From: Nitrososphaerales archaeon
GTDB lineage: Archaea > Thermoproteota > Nitrososphaeria > Nitrososphaerales > UBA213
DNA: 64,000 nucleotides
Assembly (NCBI GenBank): GCA_965197925.1
Contig: CBDAOC010000020.1
Span: forward strand, 704,001 to 768,000
Direction: 5' to 3'
Part shown: piece by piece, positions 34,374-45,972 of the stretch
Layout: each line of letters starts with the position of its first letter
How positions within the stretch are numbered: the stretch's first letter is position 1
Made by a program: the position numbers and the translations under genes
The notes under the pieces: model-generated
What the model saw: the letters and a program-made list of their open reading frames with translations, nothing else
Told to the model about the DNA's origin: nothing
The model's database searches: none

Positions 34374-35243
34374 CAACTCATCTCAAAACCCTACAATACA
34401 TCAAAAATGATGCAGGATTAACAAATGCCAGATAGTTTTCTGCCGTTCTTTCATACCTGGTTCTTGTTCTGTGAAATCCATTCTTGAGCCATGCAAGGAA
34501 TCTCTCAACTACAAATCTTGTCTTGTTGCAATGTTTGCAATCATTATTTTGCAAGATGAACTTGGAATTTATTTTGTATGGGATGCAACATGCAATATTT
34601 CTATCCCACAAATACATTCTGATGTATTTTGCATCATTTTGTCTGCATAAACTGGTTCTATCTGTTGTATTGAATCATCATCAAGATAGTCTGAAATTGA
34701 TCCTGTAACATCCATGCATTTTGTACTGTCATGTTCATTTGCTGGACTCAACAGTATGGATATTGGAAATCCGTTACCCTCTACTGCGGCATGTATTTTT
34801 GTACCTGTTATTCTCTTGAATCCATTATATCCAGTTACATTGCCCCTTTTTTATTAGGAATGGATGAAGAGTCAACTGATTTTTTTAGACTAATTTGCCA
34901 GATTTATGTGCTGAGTGAATAGTACGTGATAGAATCTTTTTCCAGATTCCTTTTTGTTGCCATTTGTTTAACCTTCTGTTTGCAGTAGAATCATCACCAT
35001 ATCTTTTTGGCATATCGTCCCATCGGCATCCAGTAGTTAGAACATGGATTATTCCGTTAATGATTTTTCTATCATCATCCCTAGGCCTGCCAGTTTTTGC
35101 ATGTGGCGGTATGTGTGATTCCATCATACTCCACTGTTTGTCTGATAATTCTTGGAATTTCATAAAATAATTTTAGATGTCGCTATTCATGGATCTAAAT
35201 GGTCGCTAAAAATTGTCTAAATGGTTAGTTTTGAGATGAGTTG
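34374..35243 (-). mobile_element. IS family C copy C2, IS5 family, defective
   Basis: Same 16-bp TIR as C1. Flanks CTT/ATT mismatch. Shares the DKGYD deletion and has a further orfA frameshift. Confidence 0.96.
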
Positions 35244-35317
35244 ATTAATTTTTCAATTTTGTCCCATGATTGATACAATCATATAAAAAAATTGTTTAAT
35301 TACATCCTCAATTTTTC

Positions 35318-35986
35318 CTAATTCTTTTCATCTTTAAACTTGATGTACCAATGTATGCCATCACAAAACGGCTTGTTTTTTGATCCACCACATCTACAGA
35401 GTGTATAGTGCTCCTTTGACGCCCCATCCCCAAATGATTCGTCAATCAGTTCTATCCCACCTGTAACATGATAAGGCCCATCTTTTGAAACTGTGAGTAT
35501 AGGTTCTCTATCCTGATCCTTGTATTCTACATCATCAATAGAATAACTTAGTGCCCCGGAAGGACATTGCTTGATGGTTTTAATTATCTCCTCCACTGTA
35601 GCACCATCTGCGTCTATCCAAGGTTCCGTCTTTGAACGGAATACCTTTGCCAGGTTATTTGTACAAACTCCGGAATGAGCGCAAATTCCCCGGTTATCAT
35701 TAACTGTTACCTTTTCACAAGCATATCTTTCCCTCTTATTCTTGCTACCATCTGTAAGTTTCTCACTCTTGAAGCCATTGATGCCGTGAGTACCATCACA
35801 AAATGGTTTATTTTTTGACCCGCCACAACGGCAAAGCGCAATACCATTAATATTTGAGAGTTTTTCACCCTTAGAATTATGCAGGTTATCCACAACATGC
35901 ATCTTAAGGTCATTCAACAAATAGTAAGGACCGTTTGGAAGACAAAGAATCTTTGGTTTTTCATCGTTCATCTTAATTACATACAT
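35318..35986 (-). CDS. CDGSH iron-sulfur protein (two CDGSH domains flanking a divergent ferredoxin-like domain)
   Basis: LCRCGGSKNKPFCDG(T/I)H twice; ICAHSGVC...QCPSGAL. Confidence 0.92.
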   Translation of the reverse strand: MYVIKMNDEKPKILCLPNGPYYLLNDLKMHVVDNLHNSKGEKLSNINGIALCRCGGSKNKPFCDGTHGINGFKSEKLTDGSKNKRERYACEKVTVNDNRGICAHSGVCTNNLAKVFRSKTEPWIDADGATVEEIIKTIKQCPSGALSYSIDDVEYKDQDREPILTVSKDGPYHVTGGIELIDESFGDGASKEHYTLCRCGGSKNKPFCDGIHWYIKFKDEKN

Positions 35987-36642
35987 GATTACTATATTAA
36001 AGAATTCCCCTCAATTGTACAAAATCCATATCTAATTAACCTATATTTTCTCGATTAAAGATTTAACCATTGACTGACCACGCATTGTTGTTAGCAAGAA
36101 AACAGGAGGCGGCTAGAATCTTTTGTCCGCCTTGGTATTAATTAGGATTCCTGATGTAATTCTATTTTTAGGTGCATAGATCGGAACTATACATTATTAC
36201 TGGCTTACAATTGGAGGGAATCCGGTTTAATCTTATTCCTCTCGTTACTGAAAAGAATGTGATACTAAAAGTGGGAATGTAGAAGCGAGTATAATACTTC
36301 CGCTAGAAAAAGACTTGTCCTGCTGCAAATTATTCCAGACTGAATCATTCGTGATCCAAATTTGCTTGACCACTAGATAGTGGATATCTGGATTCATCAT
36401 CCTTGAAGAATAAAGATGCAATACTTCATTCCATATAATAAGTAAAAGGCATGGATGAAATACTTCATCCAATATCTAGAAAAATGAGGGGGAGGGATCA
36501 TTGAACCCTGATAAAAAATTGGTAAAACAACTCATGGTGGATCATCAGAACTCAGATTCTGTTCTTTAATAATTTAATAATTTGTTGAACCATTGTAAGA
36601 TATGCATAAATCTGAAGTTAGCAAATAAACGTATGGAACTAA

Positions 36643-37690
36643 GAGCCTATCCTAAAATTCTAGCTGATAGTTAATGATTGGTAGAAATGATATCATTTAG
36701 AATGCAAGAATATTAGTTCAAACTGTCAGGTTTAGTTTTCTTACTATTGATTTTATTAGTATTGTAGATAGTAGATACTAGAAACAGTTGCATTAACGTG
36801 TTTATGACACTACCAATATATCGCTCTGTATATTATTAGGCAGTTAGCAAATTCTACTAGCGCCTGATAATTTTCCTCTCTCTTCTCGAACCTTACCAAT
36901 AACTTTCTGAACCTGTTATGCCAAGATGCGGTTCTTTCTACAACCCATCTCTTTGCTTTGTATAAATTCTTTTTCAACACTTCACCCTTATGACGAATGT
37001 GATCCACATATCCCCTTCCTAACTCCATATTTCATACTCTATCTCAGGGAAATCATATCCTATTCATGCATATGTTCTGTTTAACTTTGGGCCTATCAAC
37101 AACAATGCTATCTATTGTAGGAAAGGCTGATTTCATATCGTGTTTATTTGCTCCAGTAATTACAGATGAGAGAGGAATACCTCTTCTATCAACCAGCATG
37201 TGACGTTTGGTACCTAGCTTGCCTCTATCCGTTGGGTTTGCTCCGGTCGTTTTCCCCCTAATGGGGCCTTCGGTACGCTATCCATGGATTGCCAGTCCCA
37301 TCCTATACTCTTTAATTCATCATATATTTCCAGCAGCCTCTTCCATACCTTCTTGAATACTCCTATCCCAATCCATTCCTGAAATCTTGCATGGCAAGTT
37401 GAGCCAGAACCAAATTCTTTAGATACCTTCTTCCACTGGCATCCAGTTCTTAATACGTACAGTACTCCATTCAACACTTTTCTAAATGGCACAGCTGGCC
37501 TTCCAACTGTTCTTGCTGGTTTCTCTGGTGGCAGCACTAGTTTGAACTCTACCCATAGATTGTCTGGTATATGCCATATGGTCGGCATGCTCTTTTTCTT
37601 TGATTTTCTCACAAATTTAGCTAGAGAGACAGATCTAGATCTGTTTCGGTATAAACAATTAGGCTATGATGTTAATTTTCGGATAAGCTC
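36643..37690 (-). mobile_element. IS family D copy D1, IS5 family, defective
   Basis: TIR GAGCCTATCCTAAAAT / rc GAGCTTATCCGAAAAT. TSD TAA/TAA. orfA LRTGCQW and orfB RWVVERTASWHNRFRKL. Confidence 0.95.
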
Positions 37691-38065
37691 TAAGCGGATT
37701 GATAATGCGTAAAAGTGAATATATGATACTCCCTTCTTTGTTGCCTTCACCACTACCTGACCTTAAAGAATTTCAATTACTCATACTCTAAAAGATATTC
37801 TAGGATTTTGTATTGAAGAACGTGACGTTTCTTGTGCTGTGATCAATAATAATGAACTTAATGAACCCTTCATCGTGTTGTTGCAAACAAAATAAGGTGG
37901 TAGATTCCCGAAATCTAGTTTGGAGATTTGATGGATTTCTTTCGATTTTTATTTTACTGACATATCTTGTGGTTAGTTCGACGATGTATCTCTTACTTGA
38001 AGCGTTCAAGATTCTCTTTAATCATTTCACATAAAGATTATGAACTGTGAGAACAATGGAAGAGT

Positions 38066-38281
38066 ATGCAAAAAATAAACACCGCGAAAATTGTAATGTT
38101 CACTGTGCTCGTGTTGGGTACACTGGTAGTGGCGTCAATGGGCTTCCAGACTAATGCTTTTGCAGCACATTCTGGTGTGCTCTATGATGAAGAGGGATTC
38201 ATCGAGTCTGCTCCCTCCATTGTACGTGACAATGTTGTAGCATCTAACGTGGATGTCTGCCCCTATCCTTCATGCATGTGA
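38066..38281 (+). CDS. Small secreted protein ending in CPYPSCM
   Basis: Signal-like N-terminus ending TNAFA; 71 aa. Confidence 0.6.
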   Translation: MQKINTAKIVMFTVLVLGTLVVASMGFQTNAFAAHSGVLYDEEGFIESAPSIVRDNVVASNVDVCPYPSCM

Positions 38282-38484
38282 GCATTTAGAAGAGGCTCAT
38301 GCTGACGACGAGGCGTGAGAACCACCCCTATTTGTTTTCTTAGAATAAATTAGTTTAGTAATTCTTTTCTCTTCTCTTCGTTCATTGTTTATGTTTCAGG
38401 CTATCGATCTCGATGCCTTTTCTACTTCAAGTTCAAATTACAGGCCTTGAGCCGTCCACAAGGTTAAATGAAAAATGTTGTATG

Positions 38485-38922
38485 CTATTTCACAATAAGG
38501 ACTGAATAGTGTGCTCGCTGGGATACACCCTGGGCAACACTTCCCACAGCTAGTTTCCTTAACCCTTTTCTACCCATAGTGCCCATAACAATAAGATTCA
38601 CTTTTTTCCTTTTTGCATATTCCACTATCGACTCCACCACCGTTGTGCTACGCATAAGAACCTCATGATTTATTTTAACATTCTGCCTCTTTGCACTACT
38701 ATCTATCTTATTGAACCAGCCCTTCACTTTTTCTCTTATTGCCTTTAACCCTTTATCATCTTCTTTCAGCAAGTATTGAGGTATTGCGAAATAGGGATAT
38801 ATTCCGACTATATGAATTAGAGTGATGTTTGCACCCAAGCCTTTAGCCAGCTTTATTGAAAACTCGGCAGCTTTCGCTGAGTATTTTGACTCATCTACAC
38901 CTACTAATAATTTCATAACCAC
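38485..38922 (-). CDS. Universal stress protein (UspA family)
   Basis: LLVGVDES...LIVMGTMGRKG...VGSVAQGV...VLIVK. Confidence 0.93.
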   Translation of the reverse strand: MVMKLLVGVDESKYSAKAAEFSIKLAKGLGANITLIHIVGIYPYFAIPQYLLKEDDKGLKAIREKVKGWFNKIDSSAKRQNVKINHEVLMRSTTVVESIVEYAKRKKVNLIVMGTMGRKGLRKLAVGSVAQGVSQRAHYSVLIVK

Positions 38923-39451
38923 ATCTTTCTTACGAATGATATATTACATATACTTGTTGATAATTCTCAAATCTAGAAATCATCAGATGATGACGTATAA
39001 AATATGCGATCAAATATGTTAGAAATCAGAATAAAGTTAGGCGGCAATGTTGTTGATAAAACGTCTTTCCGAGATAATTTGGAAAACATATATGATGATT
39101 CACATGCCCAACTGGATCGGGAAGAAGCATAGAACAACAAGTATGTGACTTTCCTTACAAATTATTGGATTGGTCTTGTGATGAATTTCTCCTCCATCCT
39201 GAAGAATAAGAATTTAGAAAGGTTAGATCAGAACCTCCACCAATCCAGACAAAAAAAGGATATGGAATTAGCTCTCCAAGAAACAATACCTGTACTAAGT
39301 ATAATTAAGCCTTTAGGACTCAAAATTGATATGTAATGTGTAGGGTAAACGGGTACAATACCAAGGTAATAACAAATTTAAATAGAAATTTAGAAGATCT
39401 GGTTGATAGAATGATGATGCGTTTTTCATATGACATCGTATGTGAAATACA

Positions 39452-39658
39452 ATGAGCTCGATGGAACAACCCTCGCCAAGCCAAGAGGAAGAGGTTTTTG
39501 AGTGGGCATTAGACCCTGCTACAAATAAATGGGTAAAAATAACGATGGAGAATGCTATGGGTAGAAAATGTGGCCATTGTGGTTGTAATTGCTCATGTAA
39601 ATGTCCTTGTTGTAAGAAAATGTGTTGTACTATTAGTAACGAAGAATCGGCCAGTTAA
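39452..39658 (+). CDS. Cysteine-rich metallothionein-like small protein
   Basis: CGHCGCNCSCKCPCCKKMCC: 10 Cys in 20 residues. Confidence 0.65.
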   Translation: MSSMEQPSPSQEEEVFEWALDPATNKWVKITMENAMGRKCGHCGCNCSCKCPCCKKMCCTISNEESAS

Positions 39659-40376
39659 AGCAGCAGTACAAAGCTCAATCATTTACTATGTTTATATTAT
39701 AACGATTGAATGATCCGTAAGCCTATGTCTAAATTCTGAATGAGAGTGATATGCAACAAATCGGTAGAGGTTTGTTCTTTTTAATCGAAATATAAAAAGC
39801 CCGCTTTTTTCAAATTGTATTCATGGATTTCTATGATTCAACTATGTTTATATTAAATGAATATAGCAATTATTTCCTGCACTGACTCCGGTCTTTTGAA
39901 TTTTAGCTAACAATTCCCTGAACGACCTTCTTAACTTACCTCCTTTTATATCATCATCAATCAAAGTAAGATGTAACGGGGTTATCCTTAACCCTAGAGC
40001 CACAACTATGGGATACTATACTTTTCTTAGTATTTCAGTATTAGTAAATAATATGCCTCTATTAATTAGCTTAATCAGATTCCACGGAATATAGAATTCT
40101 ATCAATTCCTTCTCTAATGAGCCCAAGGCACTCTGAATCTAGCCCAAGAATACAATAAAAAAATAATAATATTTCTTTATTTTTGACAAGATCTTCCATG
40201 GTTATATGTTAGAGTATGGAGATGTAACCATATGATAAAAGTGTCAACAGCTGTTTTCTGGTGAAAAAATGTTATATAATTTTTTAAAGAATTAGCGTTG
40301 AAACCGGTCTTGTCAAAAGCAGAAGGAGTTAATAATGATAAACATTCCTTATCATAATTCTTATGTTTAGCTTCAA

Positions 40377-40517
40377 TTATGGTAACTCTTCTTTTATATC
40401 AGAACAAAACTTGTGTACCCACTGTCCTTTAGAATTTTTTGCTATTTCTTTACCCACTTTGATTGGTTCATTACAATCTACACATTTTCCGCTAAATCTA
40501 GCCTTCAACCTAATCAA
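40377..40517 (-). CDS. 46-aa Zn-finger-like protein (below the ORF-track cutoff), TTG start
   Basis: MIRLKARFSGKCVDCNEPIKVGKEIAKNSKGQWVHKFCSDIKEELP (CxxC...HxxC). Confidence 0.75.
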   Translation of the reverse strand: MIRLKARFSGKCVDCNEPIKVGKEIAKNSKGQWVHKFCSDIKEELP

Positions 40518-40791
40518 TGTAGGAAGTTGCCTAATTTGAATTTACTTATATAAGATAAAATGCTTATTACTACATGAATAAATTTTATCAGTTAAGATAA
40601 GGAGTATAATATTGTATTTTCACATGGATTCTAACTTTCCTCCGATCAAATCAAAGTTGTAAAATGACCAACTAGAGCATACTCATTTAATGAGGCAATT
40701 ATTCAATGTAAAGGTTAAGTTTTGGTGAAGAATACAACATCTAACAGAATCTAATATTTTATTTTTGCTAAACACTAGAAATGTTATTTTA

Positions 40792-40998
40792 TTATGTCCA
40801 ATCTTCTTTGGATTTTTTCCAAATAAGCTTTCCATCAATGTAGGCATGATCAGTTTCTTCCAAAACAATATGCCATTTACCATTATGTGGAAAAATTCTG
40901 TTTAACTCTTTGACCTTCTCTATCGTAGGGTTCTTATTCATTAATGCGCCCCATCTCATGTTCGGGATTTTTGGCATTATTTCATTGATGTCCCTCAT
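40792..40998 (-). CDS. Small hypothetical protein
   Basis: Intact 68-aa ORF MRDINEIMPKIPNMRWGALMN...FPHNGKWH with an upstream TTTAAATA box. Confidence 0.7.
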   Translation of the reverse strand: MRDINEIMPKIPNMRWGALMNKNPTIEKVKELNRIFPHNGKWHIVLEETDHAYIDGKLIWKKSKEDWT

Positions 40999-41362
40999 AC
41001 AACATCTCTGGAAAAATCCTTATTTAAAACCATTGTTTGACAAACTATTCAGGGTACTTGCCTATATCTATAGGTTAACTCCCTTTATGTCCTATTAAAT
41101 CCTATCGAATCACAGATAGGACCCTTACTAAAGGCATGAAAATTTTGTTATACAAATTATCTAACTCAAACAAAATCGTGATTCACATAGATACCTATCG
41201 AACTAAAGGAATGCGGCAGACCCTCAAATAGAGGGGCGACTACTTATTCCGTGCATATATAATTATCTCAAATAATTATCCTATAGTGTAAATATATTAT
41301 AATTATAAGTGTAAGAATTATAACAAACGTAGACTTATATTATAGAAATTATAACTAAGTTT

Positions 41363-41539
41363 ATGAGACATAAAAAGGAAGTATTTAGAAGCAAAGTGAA
41401 TAGATTCGCTGAAGTGAGAACTTCACACGAATATAGATGCCATTGTTGCAATTCAACTCTCCGTAGTGGGGACGAACTTGCAGAACATATGTATGGAATA
41501 CATTTACGCTTTGGCTTCTATCTTAAGCCATTTATTTAG
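41363..41539 (+). CDS. 58-aa C2H2 zinc-finger protein (below the ORF-track cutoff)
   Basis: YRCHCCNSTLRSGDELAEHMYGIH (C-x2-C-x12-H-x4-H). Confidence 0.65.
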   Translation: MRHKKEVFRSKVNRFAEVRTSHEYRCHCCNSTLRSGDELAEHMYGIHLRFGFYLKPFI

Positions 41540-41861
41540 TAAGCTAACTAAAATCCTGTTATTATATATATTACCCCAAATTATTTTTTTTTCATTTTTT
41601 TCTATCTAACCTCTTCAACCTCTTGAATGGGTTGAGGTAATGGTTCCTATTCGTCTTATAATAAGACAATATCATTTATGGATTGATCGATCTTGTCCCC
41701 AAACACAAGTAATGAAGGATTTCAAACTGAAATGTGGTTTGTTAGAGGATAAGAGAGGGAATTCCAAGCTTTATGCTTCTATCCTTAAATGAATAAAACC
41801 TTTAGGTTTCCTAATAATATATAGAATAGAAGGATTACATCACCATCCTGTCGCTGTTATA

Positions 41862-43196
41862 TTATTTTCCATAAAACCTGTTTCTAATCTCGCTAAAGAT
41901 CCCGTCTAAATAAGATGTGAATCGTGGTTCTCCCACGTCGTAGCCTTCAAAGGATACTTTCACCGTTGGTCTTATTATCTTCATAATTCTCCTTAAATCT
42001 GCTGGGGTTCCTAGTACTACCGCATCACAATCAACGGCATTTATGCTATCCTCTAGTTCCTGCAATTGAACACGGTTGTATCCCAGAGCCGGTAGCACAG
42101 ATCCAATCCAAGGAAATTTTTCATATGCCTCCCTAATAGAACCTACAGCATTATCCCTTGGATCTACAAGTTTACAGTTTAATCCCCTAGCAGCAACCGC
42201 ACCAGCACCTTCCCTGAGCTCGCCATGCGTTATCGATGGCCCATCTTCAACAACAAGTACGTTTTTGCTTCTAATCAAATCTGGGTTATCTACCGTTGCT
42301 TCTGAATTTACCTTGAAAATTTTTGCTTTATTGTTGAGTTGTGTACATGATTCCATTACCTGTTCTACCATACCAATCTCTGCAACGTTAACTTTATTGA
42401 TCACAAAAGCATCTGCTAATCTTACGTTAACTTCAGCCGGATGATACCGGGTTTCATGACCAGCCCTCAACGGATCAATAACTACTATTGTGTAATTCGC
42501 AACAATGAATGAATAATCATTATTACCTCCATCCCATATTATTACATCAAAATTCTTTTCAGCCTCCTCCAGAATCTGTTGGTAATCAACACCTGCAAAG
42601 AGCTCCACTCCCTTTGCTATATGATCTGTATACTCTTCCTCTTCTTCTACAGTTATCTTGTATTTCTTGAAATCTTCGAATGTCTTGAAATGTTGCACTG
42701 CCTCACTTAAATCGCCATATGGCATAGGATGTCTCAACACCACGGGTTTGAGATTTGATCTCCGCGCAGCATCTACTACCATTCTTGCAACTGTACTTTT
42801 GCCTGCACCAGTTCTAATCGCTAATACAGAGACAATAGGTTTTTTTGATTTTAATTGCGTATCTTTTGTGCCGAGGAGTGTGAAAGACGCCCCTGCAGCA
42901 ATTACTTTGGAAGCAATATGCATCACAGTTTCGTGTGAAATATCACTATATGAAAAAAAGACCTCGTCTATCTCATGCTTCTCTATGAGTTCAACCATAC
43001 TCTGTTCGTTATAAATCGGTATTCCATTTGGATACATGCTGCCTGCCAATTCTGCCGGGTAGATTCTTTTTTCTATGTTAGGAATTTGTGTTGCCGTGAA
43101 CGCTACAACGGTATAGTATGGATTCTTGCGAAAGAACATGTTGAAGTTATGAAAATCTCTCCCAGCTGCACCTAAAATGATAACTTTCCGTGGCAC
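41862..43196 (-). CDS. COG2403-type P-loop GTPase / cyclic 2,3-diphosphoglycerate synthetase-like protein
   Basis: GAAGRDFHNFN, RTGAGKS, RHPMPYG, WDGGNND and VEDGPSITHG motifs. GTG start at 43196 (TTG at 43217 is an alternative). Confidence 0.85.
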   Translation of the reverse strand: MPRKVIILGAAGRDFHNFNMFFRKNPYYTVVAFTATQIPNIEKRIYPAELAGSMYPNGIPIYNEQSMVELIEKHEIDEVFFSYSDISHETVMHIASKVIAAGASFTLLGTKDTQLKSKKPIVSVLAIRTGAGKSTVARMVVDAARRSNLKPVVLRHPMPYGDLSEAVQHFKTFEDFKKYKITVEEEEEYTDHIAKGVELFAGVDYQQILEEAEKNFDVIIWDGGNNDYSFIVANYTIVVIDPLRAGHETRYHPAEVNVRLADAFVINKVNVAEIGMVEQVMESCTQLNNKAKIFKVNSEATVDNPDLIRSKNVLVVEDGPSITHGELREGAGAVAARGLNCKLVDPRDNAVGSIREAYEKFPWIGSVLPALGYNRVQLQELEDSINAVDCDAVVLGTPADLRRIMKIIRPTVKVSFEGYDVGEPRFTSYLDGIFSEIRNRFYGK

Positions 43197-43240
43197 GCCA
43201 ATCAAAATAGAATACAACTATTGGTATTATTAATTTATCA

Positions 43241-44179
43241 TCAGTAGATAATTGTACCGGAATTACCCATTACTGCATCCCTTAACTTATTGAGATTGAC
43301 TATTATTGCTTCATGACCAGTATTCTCAACGAATCTGACAGCTGCTTTCACTTTTGGTCCCATGCTACCCTCCTCAAACTCTGATCTTTCCAACAATTTT
43401 CTCATTTCAATCATCTTGATCTTTCTACGGAGCTTCTTGCTTTTAGTTCCATACCGCAAGTAAACACCATCTACGTTGGTCAAACTGACAAATTTTGATG
43501 CGTTTATACCTGTCGCAAGTCGCTCACTGGCCAGGTCTTTATCGATTACGGCATTGGCAAATCTCAATTTCTTATCAGCTAGCACAGGAATTCCTCCACC
43601 ACCAACGGTCACTACAACGTAGCCTTGGTTAACAAGATCCCTAACAGCATCAATCTCTATTATAGAGACAGGATCAGGTGATGGCACAACTCTTCTATAG
43701 TGGTTAGGAGCAACTTCCTTAACTGCAAGAAATGCATTCTCTTTCATCATCATCTTTAAATCATTTTTCGTAAAAACCGGACCAACCGGTTTTACCGGAT
43801 CCTTGAACGCAGGATCTTGTTTAGAAACAATAGTCTTTGAGATCAAGCTAACAATACCGATTCGCTTGCCAAACTTGTTTAAATGATTTAGCAAGGATGT
43901 TTGGATCATAAATCCCAGCAACCCCTGTGTTTCTGCAACACATGCGAATAGTGGTAATGGGGGCACAAGTTTTTTTGCTGAGTCATGTCTCAACAAATCA
44001 TCTCCTACCTGTGATCCGTTACCATGTGTAATAACAATTCTGTAACCTTCAGTTACAAGGTGGGCGATCCCTTTGGTTGCTGAATAAATTGTTCTGTATT
44101 GTGAATCGAAAGTTCTGGATTTGCTCATTATGGCATTTCCACCGAGTGCTAAAACAACTATCCCCTTTTGCAATTGCAA
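43241..44179 (-). CDS. arcC: Carbamate kinase
   Basis: ALGGNA, THGNGSQVG, RRVVPSPDP, GGGGIPV, AVIDKDLAS and GSMGPKV motifs. Confidence 0.93.
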   Translation of the reverse strand: MQLQKGIVVLALGGNAIMSKSRTFDSQYRTIYSATKGIAHLVTEGYRIVITHGNGSQVGDDLLRHDSAKKLVPPLPLFACVAETQGLLGFMIQTSLLNHLNKFGKRIGIVSLISKTIVSKQDPAFKDPVKPVGPVFTKNDLKMMMKENAFLAVKEVAPNHYRRVVPSPDPVSIIEIDAVRDLVNQGYVVVTVGGGGIPVLADKKLRFANAVIDKDLASERLATGINASKFVSLTNVDGVYLRYGTKSKKLRRKIKMIEMRKLLERSEFEEGSMGPKVKAAVRFVENTGHEAIIVNLNKLRDAVMGNSGTIIY

Positions 44180-44541
44180 TGGTGATTAACAATCAGTATT
44201 TATTATGACTAGTCTACATAATTTGGACATTTCGATAAATACAAGTTATACTTGTTAATTGGAGAAGATGCTTCAGCTAGAAAATTCATCTATTATTTAG
44301 ACTTCCCTATACAGTTCCCTTAAAAAGTACAGGCCCTACCATCACACACTGATTATACTATCGATGAGGAATGTTACCTGTCTTGAATTACTCTCAACAA
44401 ACATACTATTGAATATCATCTCAAAACCGGAACATAAAGGTGAACTAGAATGGGAAATTGTCATGTTAATTATCATTGATATTGGACAACAACATATACT
44501 AACTTAGGTCCAAGATATTCCAGGTATCAACTGTCTCATCA

Positions 44542-45393
44542 CTACACTACTGTCAGTGCCCTTACCACATCAGTCTTTGTAACTATACCATTCAAATTGT
44601 TATCAGAGTTAACTGCTGGGAGACCGCTTATCCTATTATTAACCATCATTTGCGCCGCCTCTGCCAGATCCAGATTCTTCGTAACAGTTATTGGGTCCCG
44701 CCGCATTACATCTCTTGCTAACAAAACATGACTGATACCTGATAAAGGAGCAGTCGACTGTCTTCGTGACATGGAAACCTCGGTGGGCAATCCACGGGTA
44801 TCTTCTTCTATCATTGTACTAATTGGCAGGAGATCATGTCCTGTGACGATACCTATAGGTTTCTGACCTTTAACCACAATAACTCTCGATACTCTATTTC
44901 CCATCATTGTAGAAATTACTGTGTGTATAGAATGGCTAGGCATTACCGTTAACACCTTCTTTGTCATGTAATCCTTTACACTGTTTTTCGCTGCATAATG
45001 CCGAAAATAAACATTAACCAAATCACTTTTGGTGAATATGCCCGTTAGATTGCCATTGCTGTTAACCACAATAAGGGAGCTAATTTGGTTCTCCTTCATT
45101 AGCTGTGCACATTTCTTGAGATCAGTCCCTTCGCCTACAGTTATGAGATCGGTTTTCATCACTTGGTCTAGTCTAATCTCATCAAGAGATCTACCAATAG
45201 CATCTTTGAATAGAAATCGACTCAAACTTTTCTCTGTAACAATGCCTACTGGCTTGAAGTCTTTAGCCACAACAACTCTACTTATGTTGTATCTTATCAT
45301 AGTATCACGCGCGTCTCCAAGAGTATTCTTAGGTTCTAGTTTGACCACCTTCCTACTTACATCCTTAGCCTTAAGTTTCACATATTGTCCCAC
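44542..45393 (-). CDS. Four-CBS-domain protein
   Basis: Four repeats ending GIVTEKSL, GIFTKSDL, GIVTGHDL and GIVTKTDV. Confidence 0.92.
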   Translation of the reverse strand: MGQYVKLKAKDVSRKVVKLEPKNTLGDARDTMIRYNISRVVVAKDFKPVGIVTEKSLSRFLFKDAIGRSLDEIRLDQVMKTDLITVGEGTDLKKCAQLMKENQISSLIVVNSNGNLTGIFTKSDLVNVYFRHYAAKNSVKDYMTKKVLTVMPSHSIHTVISTMMGNRVSRVIVVKGQKPIGIVTGHDLLPISTMIEEDTRGLPTEVSMSRRQSTAPLSGISHVLLARDVMRRDPITVTKNLDLAEAAQMMVNNRISGLPAVNSDNNLNGIVTKTDVVRALTVV

Positions 45394-45972
45394 GTGATGA
45401 ATTCCTTATTACATTATTTAAGCAGATAGCACGATTCTTAGTCCTGAAAATAATCCATAATGTTCAAATCATTCAACTATCAAAAAGCAATAGTAAAATG
45501 AAAAATGAAATATTAAATTCTTCGATTATTACTAGCCATTTTAAGATTTGGTGAATCATTGGATATAAGTATATGTTGTGTTTGAATTGTAGCTTTTCCG
45601 CACTCCTTCCTCGTCAATGAGGTTTTATGTTTTCCCAATCCACATACTGTTCTTACTCTAATCCCATAATTATTGGCTTCGTCAATTATCTATTTAACAC
45701 TCCTCCAAAACAGATTATCTCCCATTATTCCCATCACTAATTCTGTTGTTTCTGCAGAGATTTACATTTCATGATTACCAAGTCTATGAAAAACATCTAT
45801 CCGATGAATCCTAGAATTATGAAGTATTTGATATCTTATACTATTCCACAACATATAGATAATCGTAGCTGCTGACCATGATAATAAAATCAAAATCGCA
45901 AGTATAACCATAAAGGAGATAAATTACACTCGATACATCCTGCTAAAGACCAATAGGTGTCAGTATAACTTA

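Noticed and set aside
36490..37960. Possible hemerythrin-like gene split by IS D1
   Set aside because: Only scattered residues (QLMVDH, EERDV) among stops; not supportable.
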